Shown here one piece after another: positions 8,368-19,165 of a stretch of DNA of 51,791 nt. Position 1 is the first letter of the stretch. Each line of letters opens with the position of its first letter. Below the pieces are notes generated by a model. It was not told the DNA's origin and ran no database searches. It saw only the letters and a list, made by a program, of their open reading frames with translations. Origin of the DNA: Chloroflexota bacterium (GTDB lineage: Bacteria; Chloroflexota; UBA4733); contig JAMCRV010000083.1 of NCBI GenBank assembly GCA_023381555.1, positions 1 to 51,791 on the forward strand. The letters are read 5' to 3'. The translations under genes were made by a program, and so were the position numbers.

Positions 8368-9837
8368 TTACCCTCTCTGTATCTGTCTGCCAGGAAGCCC
8401 AATTGCTCCAGAGGATTGCTCAAGAGCGTGGCCGATCCGGAGCAGCTCTGCCTCTCCCCAAGCACGTCCCATGAGCTGAAGGCCGACGGGTAGGTGGTCG
8501 ACTAGGGCGCACGGAACTACCAGACCTGGCAGCCCAGCCAGATTCAGTGGGATGGTACAGACGTCTGAGAAGTACATCGCCACGGGGTCACCGGACTTCT
8601 CGCCGAGGCGGAACGCTGTCGTGGGTGCGGTGGGTGCGGCCAGCACGTCGACGGTTTGCAAGGCGTCCTCATAGTCCTTGCGGATCAAGGTGCGCACTTT
8701 CTGGGCCTGGAGATAGTAGGCGTCGTAGTAGCCGGCGCTGAGGGCGTAGGTTCCTAACATGATGCGCCGCTTCACTTCCGAGCCGAAGCCCTGGCCGCGT
8801 GTGGCAGCGTACACATCCCACATGGCATCCCCCTCAGCGGCCCGGTAGCCATATTTGACCCCATCGAAGCGAGCAAGGTTAGCGCTGGCCTCTGCAGGCG
8901 CAATGATGTAGTAGGCTGGGAGCGCGTAGGGTGCATACGGTAACGAGACATCGTGGAGCGTCGCGCCCAACCGCTCGAGCTCACATAGGGCATCCTGAAT
9001 GGCTGCTTGGACGCCAGGTTCCATACCTGAGACGAAGAACTCCTTGGGAATGCCAACACGGATACCGTCGAGATGCGTTGATTTGAGAGCCCCTACGTAG
9101 TCGGGGACCTCCCTGCTGGACGACGTCGAGTCCCGGGGATCGCCCCCTGCGATCACGCTCATCACCCGCGCGGCATCCGCACAGGTGCGAGTGAGGGGGC
9201 CCACCTGATCCAGTGACGATGCAAAGGCTATGAGACCGAAGCGAGAGACACGACCGTAGGTGGGCTTCATTCCTACAACACCGCAGAATGACGCCGGCTG
9301 GCGGATTGAGCCACCGGTGTCGGAGCCGAGCGTGAATACCGCTTCGCCAGCTGCCACGGCCGCGGCGGAGCCCCCACTCGATCCACCCGGCACACGGGTA
9401 TGGTCCCAAGGGTTATGGACAGGCTTGAATGCGGAGTTCTCATTCGAGGATCCCATCGCAAACTCGTCACAGTTGAGCTTGCCCAGCAGGACGGCACCTG
9501 CCCGCTCAAGACGCTCGGCTACCGTGCTATTGAAGGGGGGCACGTAGTTCATGAGCATCTTTGAACCGGCAGTAGTCGTGATTCCTTTAGTGATGAGTAC
9601 ATCCTTGAGTGCCATAGGGATCCCGAGCACTGGGGTTCGCTCTCCCGCGACCAGGCGAGCGTCAGCAGCACGTGCCGCCGCTAGAGCCTGGTCACGAATG
9701 ATGGTCAGAAAGGCGCCGATTGTGGAATCAAGCTCCGCAATGCATTCCAGTGCCTGGGTCGTGAGCTCTAACGAGGACGTCTTGCCCGTGTCGAGCATCT
9801 GACGGCACTCTGTCAGGGTGGGTAGCGGGGTGGCCAT
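8368..9837 (-). CDS. gatA: Asp/Glu-tRNA amidotransferase subunit A
   Basis: Amidase signature [46 protein letters not shown]. Start trimmed to ATG 9837, just after gatC. Confidence 0.97.
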   Translation of the reverse strand: MATPLPTLTECRQMLDTGKTSSLELTTQALECIAELDSTIGAFLTIIRDQALAAARAADARLVAGERTPVLGIPMALKDVLITKGITTTAGSKMLMNYVPPFNSTVAERLERAGAVLLGKLNCDEFAMGSSNENSAFKPVHNPWDHTRVPGGSSGGSAAAVAAGEAVFTLGSDTGGSIRQPASFCGVVGMKPTYGRVSRFGLIAFASSLDQVGPLTRTCADAARVMSVIAGGDPRDSTSSSREVPDYVGALKSTHLDGIRVGIPKEFFVSGMEPGVQAAIQDALCELERLGATLHDVSLPYAPYALPAYYIIAPAEASANLARFDGVKYGYRAAEGDAMWDVYAATRGQGFGSEVKRRIMLGTYALSAGYYDAYYLQAQKVRTLIRKDYEDALQTVDVLAAPTAPTTAFRLGEKSGDPVAMYFSDVCTIPLNLAGLPGLVVPCALVDHLPVGLQLMGRAWGEAELLRIGHALEQSSGAIGLPGRQIQRG

Positions 9838-9844
9838 ACGATGT

Positions 9845-10138
9845 CTACTCCTCGTCGAGGATTGCGCGAACGCGGAAGAGATTCCCCGATCGATCAGGCG
9901 CATTTGCCAGCACCGCATCAACTGGCAACGACGGCTCAGCCGCATCAGGGCGTTCCACGTTGTAAAGATCGAGAACGCTTGCGGTCGGAGACACCGCAGA
10001 TGTGTCGACTTCGGCCAGCCTGTTGACGTGTTCGAGGATTGAGCTCAGCTGATGCAGCATCTGTTGCTCTTCTTCGGCGGTGAGAGCTAGCCTGCAGAGC
10101 ATAGCTACGTGTTGTACCGTCTCGCGTGTCAGTTGCAT
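9845..10138 (-). CDS. gatC: Asp/Glu-tRNA amidotransferase subunit C
   Basis: [19 protein letters not shown]...LANAP....FRVRAIL; 97 aa, upstream of gatA. Confidence 0.93.
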   Translation of the reverse strand: MQLTRETVQHVAMLCRLALTAEEEQQMLHQLSSILEHVNRLAEVDTSAVSPTASVLDLYNVERPDAAEPSLPVDAVLANAPDRSGNLFRVRAILDEE

Positions 10139-10154
10139 CGGAGCGCAATCCCGT

Positions 10155-12431
10155 CTAGACCTTGACCATAGGCGCGAAACTGGCCGCGAGCTTCTTCCGG
10201 CCGTGATGCGGGAAGTCCACTATGACTTCCTCTTCGTTGGCTCGCACGGAGCTGTTGACTACGACACCATCTCCAAAGAGCTTGTGGTGCACGTGGTCGC
10301 CTTCGTGGTATCGTAGCCTGCCTGGTTGCGGTGTTGTGGCAGTGCTTGCCCGCCGCGCCTCAAGTTGTGCGATGATCGAGGGTCGTCCATTGGACTGCGG
10401 GGCGCGCTGTCTCTCTAGGTCTTGCCGCTCTGCCCTGCTTGAGTGTGACGGCGCTGTGTCTACAGCTCTCGAAATTGAGGTTTCCAGAGCAGTTCCGAGC
10501 CGGCGCACGTGCTCCGCGGGGATCTCGCGAATGAAACGAGACGGTTCATTGACGAGTGTACTGCCATAGAGCGTGCGCCGCAGCGCACTGATGAGGTAGA
10601 GGTGGTGCTTGGCTCTAGTCATACCGACGTAGCACAGCCTCCGCTCCTCCTCGAGCTCCTCGGCTCGGTCGAGGGTGCGGCTGTGTGGGAAGAGCCCCTC
10701 TTCCATTCCGACCATGAAAACTGCGTCGAACTCTAGTCCCTTTGCAGCGTGCAACGTGAGCAATGTGACTGCTTCGTCTCCATCATCCATATCGTCGGTG
10801 GCGGCGACGAGGGAGACCTGTTCGAGAAACTGCTCCAAGCCTTCGGCAGGTTCGAGATGGGCGAATTCACTGGCCACGCTCTGGAGCTCGAGCACATTCT
10901 GCCAGCGCTCCTGCCCTTCTCCGGTTCCATCCTGGACGAACGACGCATAACCGGTACGCTCGCAGATCCACATCAGCAGATCGGGAACCGGCAGCCGCCT
11001 ACCTGCGTCAGTAAGCTCTTGCAGAAGGCGGGCCAGTTCTGTTACAGACCGGGTGGCTCGAGGGCTCAGCCGGGAGATCTCGCTCGCGTGTGCGAGCATG
11101 GAGGCTAGTCCAATGTTACGCGCCGCAGCCTCAGCGACCAGTTGCGCGACTGTCCGGAGCCCAAAGTTGCGCGGTGGGACGTTGATGACCCGCTCTAGGG
11201 CACGAGTATCAGATGGGTTGTTTACGAGACGCACGTAGGCCAGCACGTCGCGTACTTCCTTACGGTCGTAGAAGCGTGTGCCACCCACGAGCTGGTAGCG
11301 GATTCCTTCGCGAAGGAACGTCTCCTCGAGTGTTCGCGATTGGGCGTTTGTTCGATAGAGCACGGCACACTGTCCGAGTTTGACAAGCTCTCGCGCTTGG
11401 AGGCGGCGAATCTCCCGCGCTACCAACGAGCTCTCTTCCTGTTCGTTGAAGACCTCGATGAGTGAGACTGGCTCCCCATCGCCCAGTGCAGTCCAGAGCT
11501 TCTTGGCGGCACGCGCACTCACTCGTTCTATGACAGCCTGGGCTGCTCCGACGATGTGTCCTGTGGAGCGGTAGTTCTGCTCGAGCCGGAATACTTGGAC
11601 GCCGGGGAAGTTCTGCTCGAAAGACAGGATGTTGCCAACCTCCGCGCCGCGAAAGCGATAGATGGACTGGTCATCGTCGCCCACTACGAGAACGTGACAC
11701 GGACTCTGCCCGAGAAGCTGAATGAACCGGTACTGCGGGGGATTGGTATCTTGAAACTCGTCCACCAGAATGTGGCGATACCTTCTTCGATACGCCTCCA
11801 GTACATCGGGATACTCCTCGAAGAGTTGCAGCGTATGGAGCAACAGATCATCGAAATCGAGGGCATTGTTCCGAGCGAGAAGTTCCTGATATGCGGCGTA
11901 GGTACGATGCGCGATTTCTTCGAAGTAGCTCCCTGCTCGGGAAGGGAATGCCAGCGGGCGCTCAAGATGGCTCTTGAACCGTGATATTGCTCCCAGGATC
12001 GACCGCGGAGAGAAGTGTTTTTCGTCAACATTGAGTTGTTTGAGAGCCTGTTTGATGAGGGCAAGCTGATCATCTTCATCGTAAATCGTGAAGCGGGAGT
12101 CATAGCCGAGATGATGGATGTCGCGTCGGAGGATCCTTGCGCAAATCGCGTGAAAGGTGCCGACGGAAAGCGAGCGAGCGTGATCACCAGCAAGCAACGC
12201 TAGCCGCGACTTGAGCTCGCCGGCGGCCTTGTTCGTGAACGTCACCGCCATAATCTGATACGGGCTGACTTGACGCTGGCCGATGAGATAAGCGATGCGG
12301 TGGGTCAGCACCCTGGTCTTGCCAGAACCCGCACCAGCAAAGACGAGGAGGTGTTGCTCTGGAGCCTCAACGACACATCGCTGTACATAGTTGAGCGACG
12401 ACAAGCCAGAGAGTAGGCGGTTTTCATTCAC
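10155..12431 (-). CDS. pcrA: SF1 DNA helicase PcrA/UvrD
   Basis: AGAGSGKT, VDEFQDTN, VGDDDQSIYRFRGA, LEQNYRS, TLHAAKGLEF, EEERRLCYVGMTRA, C-terminal Tudor-like tail. Start trimmed to GTG 12431. Confidence 0.96.
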   Translation of the reverse strand: MNENRLLSGLSSLNYVQRCVVEAPEQHLLVFAGAGSGKTRVLTHRIAYLIGQRQVSPYQIMAVTFTNKAAGELKSRLALLAGDHARSLSVGTFHAICARILRRDIHHLGYDSRFTIYDEDDQLALIKQALKQLNVDEKHFSPRSILGAISRFKSHLERPLAFPSRAGSYFEEIAHRTYAAYQELLARNNALDFDDLLLHTLQLFEEYPDVLEAYRRRYRHILVDEFQDTNPPQYRFIQLLGQSPCHVLVVGDDDQSIYRFRGAEVGNILSFEQNFPGVQVFRLEQNYRSTGHIVGAAQAVIERVSARAAKKLWTALGDGEPVSLIEVFNEQEESSLVAREIRRLQARELVKLGQCAVLYRTNAQSRTLEETFLREGIRYQLVGGTRFYDRKEVRDVLAYVRLVNNPSDTRALERVINVPPRNFGLRTVAQLVAEAAARNIGLASMLAHASEISRLSPRATRSVTELARLLQELTDAGRRLPVPDLLMWICERTGYASFVQDGTGEGQERWQNVLELQSVASEFAHLEPAEGLEQFLEQVSLVAATDDMDDGDEAVTLLTLHAAKGLEFDAVFMVGMEEGLFPHSRTLDRAEELEEERRLCYVGMTRAKHHLYLISALRRTLYGSTLVNEPSRFIREIPAEHVRRLGTALETSISRAVDTAPSHSSRAERQDLERQRAPQSNGRPSIIAQLEARRASTATTPQPGRLRYHEGDHVHHKLFGDGVVVNSSVRANEEEVIVDFPHHGRKKLAASFAPMVKV

Positions 12432-12460
12432 GGGTCGGCAGTATACCAGCAGCGCACCAG

Positions 12461-13726
12461 CTACCTGCCATCGGCAAGCACCACTCGACCAGCTGCAATG
12501 CCTGCGTACAGTGCGCCATTGATGCTGCTGGACTGCAAATACTCGCCCGCCAAGTACAGGCCAGGCGTCGCCGACCGCGCGCTCGGGCGAAGTGATCGCC
12601 AACCAGGTGTTTGTGCAAACTGAGCGTGGGGCAAGCGATACAATCGTAGCGGCCTGAGCCCCTTGGCACGAGCCCCGAACCAAGACACGAGCTCGTCCTT
12701 GGCGACCTTGATCACCGTTTCATCATCGTGCTGATTCTGGCCTAAGGCCGTACAAGAAATGAGATGCTGGCCTGGAGGCGCATACTCCGGCGCAACGTTG
12801 GTGAGCTGAGCGGCTTCGTTGATGAGGCCGTGTTGATCAGGGTTGAGGACGATCAGAGGCTCATCATAGAGCGAGGTGTCGCTCGCAAAGTACATCGTCG
12901 TGCAGCCGAGGGGGTGCACGACGGGAAGCTCTGGCAGGAGCTCTCGAGCCCGCCACAGGTCGGCGGCCACGATGACGGTGCTGGCCGTGACGCACTCGTC
13001 ACCGATCCATACGCCTTGCACACCAGTAGATGAGCGCTCAATGCGGGTTACAGGGGCGTGCAATCGAATTGCTGAGAGAGGAAGACGCTGGGCGAGTTCA
13101 TTGGGAATAGCGCCCATGCCCGTGGCTGGTACTGCGGTTCTCCCATCCGACAGCATCTTGAAGACGAAGAGAAACCAGGGAGCGCGAACTTGGAGCGAAC
13201 GGTCCAGAAAGATGCCACCGAAGAACGGGCGGAAGAACCGGTCGCGTGCCCGCTCGCTGACACCTAGTGCCGTAAGCTCTTCGCTGGCCGTGCGTTCGAC
13301 AGCGTGGGTTAGCAGGTGGGGGCCCGGACCGGCCAAGCCTACTTTGAGCCGGGCAAGCGCGGCTATGTCGTAGAGGTCGAACGGTGAGCGCCGCAGGAAA
13401 TCACCGATTCTGTCGGGATGAGCGAAGGGATCAATGGCCAGTTCCATCGGTTGAGAGCCAGCCACGAGAGCACCCGAACCGAAGTAGTGCAGGTTCAGCC
13501 TCGGGAGATCGAGTAGATCCTGTGCCGTAGGATAGCTGGTGAATAGGACTTGGAAGCCGCGGTCCAGCAGAAAGCCATCCTCCGAATGGTCGGTGCGCAC
13601 CCGGCCACCAATGCCGTCACTGGCTTCGAGGAGAAGGACCCGGCGTCCTTTCTCGTGGAGTGTCACCGCCGCTGCCAGGCCGGCGAGACCAGCGCCAATG
13701 ATGATGACCGGCTGTGTGTCTTCCAT
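12461..13726 (-). CDS. FAD-dependent oxidoreductase (amine oxidase/protoporphyrinogen oxidase-like)
   Basis: IIIGAGLAGLAAA, LEASDGIGGRVRTD, LDRGFQVLFTSYP, LAGEY...SINGAL. Confidence 0.85.
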   Translation of the reverse strand: MEDTQPVIIIGAGLAGLAAAVTLHEKGRRVLLLEASDGIGGRVRTDHSEDGFLLDRGFQVLFTSYPTAQDLLDLPRLNLHYFGSGALVAGSQPMELAIDPFAHPDRIGDFLRRSPFDLYDIAALARLKVGLAGPGPHLLTHAVERTASEELTALGVSERARDRFFRPFFGGIFLDRSLQVRAPWFLFVFKMLSDGRTAVPATGMGAIPNELAQRLPLSAIRLHAPVTRIERSSTGVQGVWIGDECVTASTVIVAADLWRARELLPELPVVHPLGCTTMYFASDTSLYDEPLIVLNPDQHGLINEAAQLTNVAPEYAPPGQHLISCTALGQNQHDDETVIKVAKDELVSWFGARAKGLRPLRLYRLPHAQFAQTPGWRSLRPSARSATPGLYLAGEYLQSSSINGALYAGIAAGRVVLADGR

Positions 13727-13731
13727 CACCT

Positions 13732-14550
13732 CTACCACCACTCTCTCGGCACACTGTCGTACAAATCGAGCATGGGAAAGACCCTCCACCGTAAGATTCG
13801 TTCCAGTCTGTCTCGGAATGCCGCAACCTCTCGCTTGGAGATCAGTTCTTCTAGCTCGACTGCCAGGCTCACAAAAGGCCCGCCAGTGTAGAACCCTTCC
13901 AGGTCGTCTACCAGCCACTGGCACAATCGCAGACCGGTGAACTCGCGGATCACGGTACGCAGCTTCACGTCCTCGTGAAACGTGAGACCGTGATCGATAC
14001 CCCACACCGTGCCTTCCTTATCAAGAAGACAGTGCGAGGCCTTGCGATCCGCATTGTTAGTGACATAATCGAATACGGCCAGTCGTGACAGCTCAGGCAG
14101 GTGCTGCTGGCGCCAGAGAGGGTAGTGCGTCGAAGAATTAGGCTCGATGTAGAGCTGCACCGTACCGGCGCCATAGGGACCATCTCGCACCACAGTCGGA
14201 GGGATGAAAGTCCAGCCGAGGGCCTGACTCGTCCGGTACGCTGCGAACTCTCGCCGGTACAACGATCCGTTTGGAAAGTCCCAGAGAGGAGCTTCACCGC
14301 GGCGGGGCTTATAGATGCCGATGAGATCGATGTCGTGCCCACTGGTCGATAGCCCCACTGCGAATGAGTAGTTCGAGCCACTGGGAAGTGGCTCGCAGGC
14401 CACGATCTCTGCCTGCTCAAGCTGACGGCAGATCAGCGCGTGGTCGATCTGCGGTGGCTCTGGGGGCTCCGGAATGCCAGCGGCCAGTGCGGCGGTATTA
14501 TCCCCTGGAAGAGGGTCAGGACGACTCCAGCGTGCGCGATACCGTGTCAT
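13732..14550 (-). CDS. SCO1664-family phosphatidylinositol 3/4-kinase-like protein
   Basis: GSNYSF, IYKPRRGEAPLWDFPNGSLYRREFAAY, VPPTVVRDGPYG, NNADRKASHCL, GIDHGLTFH. Confidence 0.85.
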   Translation of the reverse strand: MTRYRARWSRPDPLPGDNTAALAAGIPEPPEPPQIDHALICRQLEQAEIVACEPLPSGSNYSFAVGLSTSGHDIDLIGIYKPRRGEAPLWDFPNGSLYRREFAAYRTSQALGWTFIPPTVVRDGPYGAGTVQLYIEPNSSTHYPLWRQQHLPELSRLAVFDYVTNNADRKASHCLLDKEGTVWGIDHGLTFHEDVKLRTVIREFTGLRLCQWLVDDLEGFYTGGPFVSLAVELEELISKREVAAFRDRLERILRWRVFPMLDLYDSVPREWW

Positions 14551-14656
14551 TAAGTCAGTATACAGAGGGTTCGGAGGCTGAGTCTGTGCCTCTGGACGGC
14601 TACCCTCCTGCCAGGGAGTCGTGAGCTGCTGGTGCCTACGCGATGCTTCGCCGATG

Positions 14657-15382
14657 TCAGACGAACTGCCCCACAGCGAAGGACAAGACCACCCCAGCAA
14701 GAGTCAGTGCAAAGGCAGCTGGTCCCGGGTGGCTCCGGTATGCGCGCGGAAGGATCTCACTCGCACCAATGTAGAGCAAGAAGCCGGCAAAGAAGCCGAG
14801 GTAGAGAGGAAAGAAAGTCTGAGGCAGGTGAACCAAGCTCGCCACAATGACACCGGTGACTGGTGCGGCCGCGTCCAGCATCAACAGAAGCGCTGCGCGA
14901 CTGCGGCTGTTGCGATGCACCAGCATAAGGGTCACTGTGTTGAGTCCATCGGAGATGTCATGGGCAATCACCGCGAGGGCCACGATCACTCCAACGGTTG
15001 CGCTCACTTGGAACCCAAGTCCGATACCAACACCGTCCATAAAGCTGTGGCCCACGAGCGCAAGCGCCGAGAGCACGCCGACCGTCCGGTGCGTATACTC
15101 TTGAGTACTGTCATCTTCCCGAGTGTTTATGAGCATGCCGTACTCGAGGAAGTGCATCCCCATGAAGGCGAAGATGAGCGCGAGCATAGGCTCGATCACT
15201 TGAATGTGTGCTTCTTCGACGCGGCGAAAAATTTCTGGCAGCAGATCCAGCACAACGAGCCCGACGAGTACGCCGCCGGTGAATGCCATGATCAAAGTCA
15301 GTTGAGCGCGCCGACGCAGCGCAATGAAGCCTCCGAACGACGTCGAGAGCAAGGCCAAGAGAGAAAAGCCGATGGCGGTCAT
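14657..15382 (-). CDS. ZIP (ZupT-like) metal transporter
   Basis: Multiple TM helices with GHSFMDGVGIG and AHDISDGLNT. ATGA overlap with the fur stop. Confidence 0.88.
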   Translation of the reverse strand: MTAIGFSLLALLSTSFGGFIALRRRAQLTLIMAFTGGVLVGLVVLDLLPEIFRRVEEAHIQVIEPMLALIFAFMGMHFLEYGMLINTREDDSTQEYTHRTVGVLSALALVGHSFMDGVGIGLGFQVSATVGVIVALAVIAHDISDGLNTVTLMLVHRNSRSRAALLLMLDAAAPVTGVIVASLVHLPQTFFPLYLGFFAGFLLYIGASEILPRAYRSHPGPAAFALTLAGVVLSFAVGQFV

Positions 15383-15816
15383 TGTGGGTGGGATTCTCCG
15401 GAAAGACAGTGGACGCACGTGCCAACGAGTGTCAATTCGTGAGACTCGATGAGGTGCTCAGAATTCAAGGTCAGCGCCGCAAGCGCTCGCTCGAAGTCGG
15501 AGCACCTGATGTCGATAATGCTGTGACAGGCCTTACAGACGAAATGGTGATGATGCCTCTTCTCCACACAACGGGCGTAGCGCCATACTCGACGCTCGTC
15601 GCCGGTGGGCAACAAGTTGCCATCGGGAACGGCAATGACGAGGTGCTGCTGAACCAGAAACCCGAGCGCCCGATACGTCGAAGCAGTGCTCGTGCCGGCC
15701 CGCTGGCCAACCTCTGCGGCCGTCAACGGAGCGTTCGCCTCTTCAAGCACCGCAAGCACGCGCAGTCGGAGACTAGACAAGCGCACAGGTCGCTTCCTGA
15801 CTTGCTGCTCGCTCAT
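15379..15816 (-). CDS. Fur-family transcriptional regulator (Zur-like)
   Basis: STASTYRAL HTH, HHHHFVCKAC and CVHC Zn ligands. RBS AAGGAGGA before ATG 15816. Confidence 0.88.
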   Translation of the reverse strand: MSEQQVRKRPVRLSSLRLRVLAVLEEANAPLTAAEVGQRAGTSTASTYRALGFLVQQHLVIAVPDGNLLPTGDERRVWRYARCVEKRHHHHFVCKACHSIIDIRCSDFERALAALTLNSEHLIESHELTLVGTCVHCLSGESHPQ

Positions 15817-15844
15817 GCCGTCCTCCTTACTCACGCCACTGTAT

Positions 15845-15879
15845 TGAGAATAGTATCACATATTCTGCGAATAGTATCA
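15845..15879. promoter_or_regulatory. Tandem operator-like sites upstream of fur-ZIP
   Basis: GAATAGTATCA at 15848-15858 and 15869-15879, 21 bp apart. Each lies in an imperfect TGATACT/ATTC(T/G)CA dyad. Confidence 0.55.
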
Positions 15880-16128
15880 AGAACTAGCTCTGTTATGTGG
15901 AGGTCGCGTCGAGGGCGGAGGAGGATTGCTCATTGTACTTCTCCTGTGGGCAGGCGAAGTACTGCGCAGCCGTGCCTACTCTTCTTGATTTTGGAGGATC
16001 AGGAGGGCGTACGGGCGCTGTGGTGCTGCCGGGTAGCTTGCTTCACAATCAGCGATATCCCTTACGCTCCACGTTCGCTATCGACTCCGCGGGCCGGACG
16101 AGCACGAACTCTGTGGTGGCCTCCGGGC

Positions 16129-17145
16129 TTACCACAGGCCGAAGCACTCTCGGTAGAACGCCTCAACCACTGAAGAGGCTGTTGCCGAGCACCTCGCATA
16201 GCGTTCGTGGACGCGTTCGAGATCGGTAGAGAGCGAGGGATTCTGGCGTTCGTGGGCGAAGAAGTGAAGGATGCCGGATACCCCGGAATTGACAGCTTCC
16301 TCCAGCTGCGGGAGCTCACTCTGCGTATGCGCGACGGTCACACTCAGACGGGCGATGCGTTCGCGCGCGACGCTCTTTCCTGCTCCCGTCGTGAGCCTAT
16401 CCACGAAGTCGCGATCTTTGCCAGCTATCCACGCGGGAAGCTTCTCCCGGACGTAGGGCTCGAAGAAGGAGCGAAAGCTCTCACGCAGGTAATCATCGAG
16501 CGACTGGCCACGGGTGCGATGTTCACGCTCGAGGTTGTGCATGGTGATGTGGATGTTGCGGTAGAGCGCGGGCAAGCCAATGTTCGCGTCAATGGTATCG
16601 GCATCGTACAGACAGCGACCTTCTAGGCTTGTCTCTGCTGTGACGTGCAGATGGGAGGCGATGATTTCTACTACGTGGGCGCGGAAGTGTTCCGGATAGC
16701 CACGCTCTGCCAAAAGGGTGTCTGCAATGCGTGCCCCGGAGACATTGTGAAGCTCGCCACGAAGGTTGAGCGCCTCGTACAGTTGGGTGACCTTGTTGCT
16801 TCGCCGTGGCGGCAAATAGGCGTTGCGCCAAAACCCGTGCTCGTCAACAATGCGCTTCCCATTCTCCATCAAGATCTCGCCGTCGTACGATTTCGTGACG
16901 TCGTGGAGTGTGGCTCCGAAGTCGAGTGGGCGTTGGTCACCGCCGGCACGCCGCGCGAGCACCATCGCAAGGTTTCGCACACGGCGGACGTGATCGTGTG
17001 TATAGGCACGCCACGAAAAACCGACCCAATCCTCATCCCACAGTGTGTAGGTTTCTTGGACAAGGGTTACGAGCTCGGCGAGCACCACCGCATCGTCGGG
17101 GTAAGCCGGAGGTGGGGCGAGAGAGTCCGTCAAAAAGGCAGTCAT
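16129..17145 (-). CDS. HD-domain metal-dependent phosphohydrolase
   Basis: HDHVRRV, GATLHDVTK, IIASH, LYDADTID. Start ATG 17145 after GGAGGA. Confidence 0.75.
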   Translation of the reverse strand: MTAFLTDSLAPPPAYPDDAVVLAELVTLVQETYTLWDEDWVGFSWRAYTHDHVRRVRNLAMVLARRAGGDQRPLDFGATLHDVTKSYDGEILMENGKRIVDEHGFWRNAYLPPRRSNKVTQLYEALNLRGELHNVSGARIADTLLAERGYPEHFRAHVVEIIASHLHVTAETSLEGRCLYDADTIDANIGLPALYRNIHITMHNLEREHRTRGQSLDDYLRESFRSFFEPYVREKLPAWIAGKDRDFVDRLTTGAGKSVARERIARLSVTVAHTQSELPQLEEAVNSGVSGILHFFAHERQNPSLSTDLERVHERYARCSATASSVVEAFYRECFGLW

Positions 17146-17221
17146 CGCTTGCAAACTTTCCTCCACAGGAACGGGGTTTCTCGGCGCTGCATAGTGTAGA
17201 TACTTTCTCTTCACTGTGCTA

Positions 17222-19165
17222 TCAGTGGAAGTCCAAGAACGGGATGGGCACAGGGTCAAGAGCCTCCTGGAGTGGAAGGTTTAGGACACGTGCGAAGAAA
17301 TAGAGCTCGCACTCCAAAGCTCTGCTAATGTTTGTGGCCTGCCGGAAGCCGTGACCTTCTCCTGGAAAGGTGACATAGGCGTGCGGGACCCTCTGGGCAA
17401 CGAGGTGGTGCACGAGCACCTCAGCTTGATTGGGCGGCACGACTTTATCATCGAGTCCCTGAAACAGGATCACAGGCTTGTTGAGAAGCTGCGCGTGGTA
17501 CAAGGGGGAGCGGGCTCGGTAGGTTTCCATCGCAGCCGGCCAGGGTCCGATCATCTTGTCCAGATAGCGCGACTCAAACTTGTGGGTCTCCTTCGCGAGT
17601 AAGGTGAGATCACTGATGCCAAAGTAGCTTGATCCCGCGTGGAAGGTGTTCCGGAAGGTGAGCGCTGCGAGAGTTGTGAATCCTCCGGCGCTGCCACCAG
17701 AGATAGTGAGGCGATCCTCGTCGACAAGGCCCTGCTCGGCTAGCTGTGCTGCACTCGAGCAACAGTCATCGACATCGGCAATACCCCAGTTCCCTTCGAG
17801 AAGCTGGCGGTAGGCACGCCCGTAGCCACTGCTGCCACGGTAGTTCACGTCGAGAACAGCGTAACCCCTGCTTGTCCAGAACTGAGTGGCCAAGCTGAGC
17901 GCAGTAGTCGTAGAGCTTGTTGGACCACCATGGCAGATGATTCACAGAGGTGGTCTTGTAGCTCTGGGAGCGTGAAATCGCCCGCTGCACGGACCATAGA
18001 AGAAGGCGTGAATTGACTCACCTGTCGCGGCTTGAAAAGTCATGGGTTGGGGGATTGAGATAAACGTCGTGTCCAATGCCAGCTCGCTGGAGCGCTTGAG
18101 GATTTGGAATCTGCTAGATAGCGGATCGACCCGGACTACACACCAGGGAGTTTGCGGGCCTGCTGCCACACAGATCACGTGACCCTGCACCTTCGCAACG
18201 GTAGGCGCGATCGCTGTGAAGGGCAGAGATAGCGGTGTAACGATGCCGGTGCTGATGTCGATCAGGAACAGTCCGGTCCCGCGTTCTGTCGAGCCCACCG
18301 CAACGATGCGGGTCTCGGAGATCATGGCGTAGGTGCTTAGACCGAACTGCCATTGAGGAACGCCGAAGTCGCGAACCTCCGCTGTGAGTTGGACGGATGC
18401 CCCGGCTGAGAGTCGATAGAAATTCCACCGGCCTGTACGATCTGACAGAAAGAGAAGCTCTCCGCTCGATGACCACTGCGGACAGAAGATGCTCTCCGCC
18501 TGACCGCCCGCGACACGGTGCGCGTCGTGGACAGCACCAAGGTAATCAAGTGTCCCCACCCAGAGCTCGGTGCCATCCCACGGCATGTTCGGATGATTCC
18601 AGCTCAGCCAGCAGAGCTTGGTGCCGTCGGGGCTCACGCGAGGATTACTGTAAAAATCAGCACCCCGTACAAGCGGGTACACCGGGCCCGATACATCGTA
18701 GTGAACGGCTACCAGGCTATTGACGGGCTCAACGTCGCCGCTCGAGTGGTCTTCCGAAACGCAGATGAGACGATGGCGCCGCTCGTCGACCGTCAAATCA
18801 GCATAGCGGAAAGGGCCTTCAGGGGTGAGCGGAGTAGTTTCTCGTTCGCTCAGGCGATATACGCGACCGTCGATGAGGTGAGAAGTGTACACTACCCCTT
18901 TGGACACACAGTAAGAGCCGCCGCCGTACTCGTGAACGCGTGTCCGGGCATTGAGCCAGGAAGAGCCCACGTCTTGCAGGTCACCATCAGGAGAGCACCG
19001 GACGATGGCTGATCGACCGGCCTCGGAAGGACGGCCCTCCGTCCAATAGATCGCCAAGTCATCAGCCGCGACTTGCCCAAAAGACACGCCGGCGCTCGCC
19101 ACCATTTGTGCGCTCAATGGCGAGGTCCAGCCGCCGTATGGGGCGAGTTCTGGCGCTGACGCCAT
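17222..19165 (-). pseudogene. S9 family prolyl oligopeptidase/acylaminoacyl peptidase interrupted by one in-frame TGA (17944-17942)
   Basis: The two ORF-track pieces are in the same frame: ...RPPL*IICHGGPT... The triad motifs GGSAGG, GLDDKVV and GEGHGF are intact. Read-through length is 647 aa. Confidence 0.85.

Noticed and set aside
8368-14700. Long N-terminal extensions of gatA (9945), pcrA (12683), the FAD oxidoreductase (14005) and the SCO1664-like gene (14700)
   Set aside because: They overlap upstream genes; family N-termini and SD/-10 positions support the shorter starts.
17942-17944. Selenocysteine or genome-wide UGA recoding
   Set aside because: The aligned position is a hydrophobic residue rather than Cys, and many other genes here end normally in TGA.
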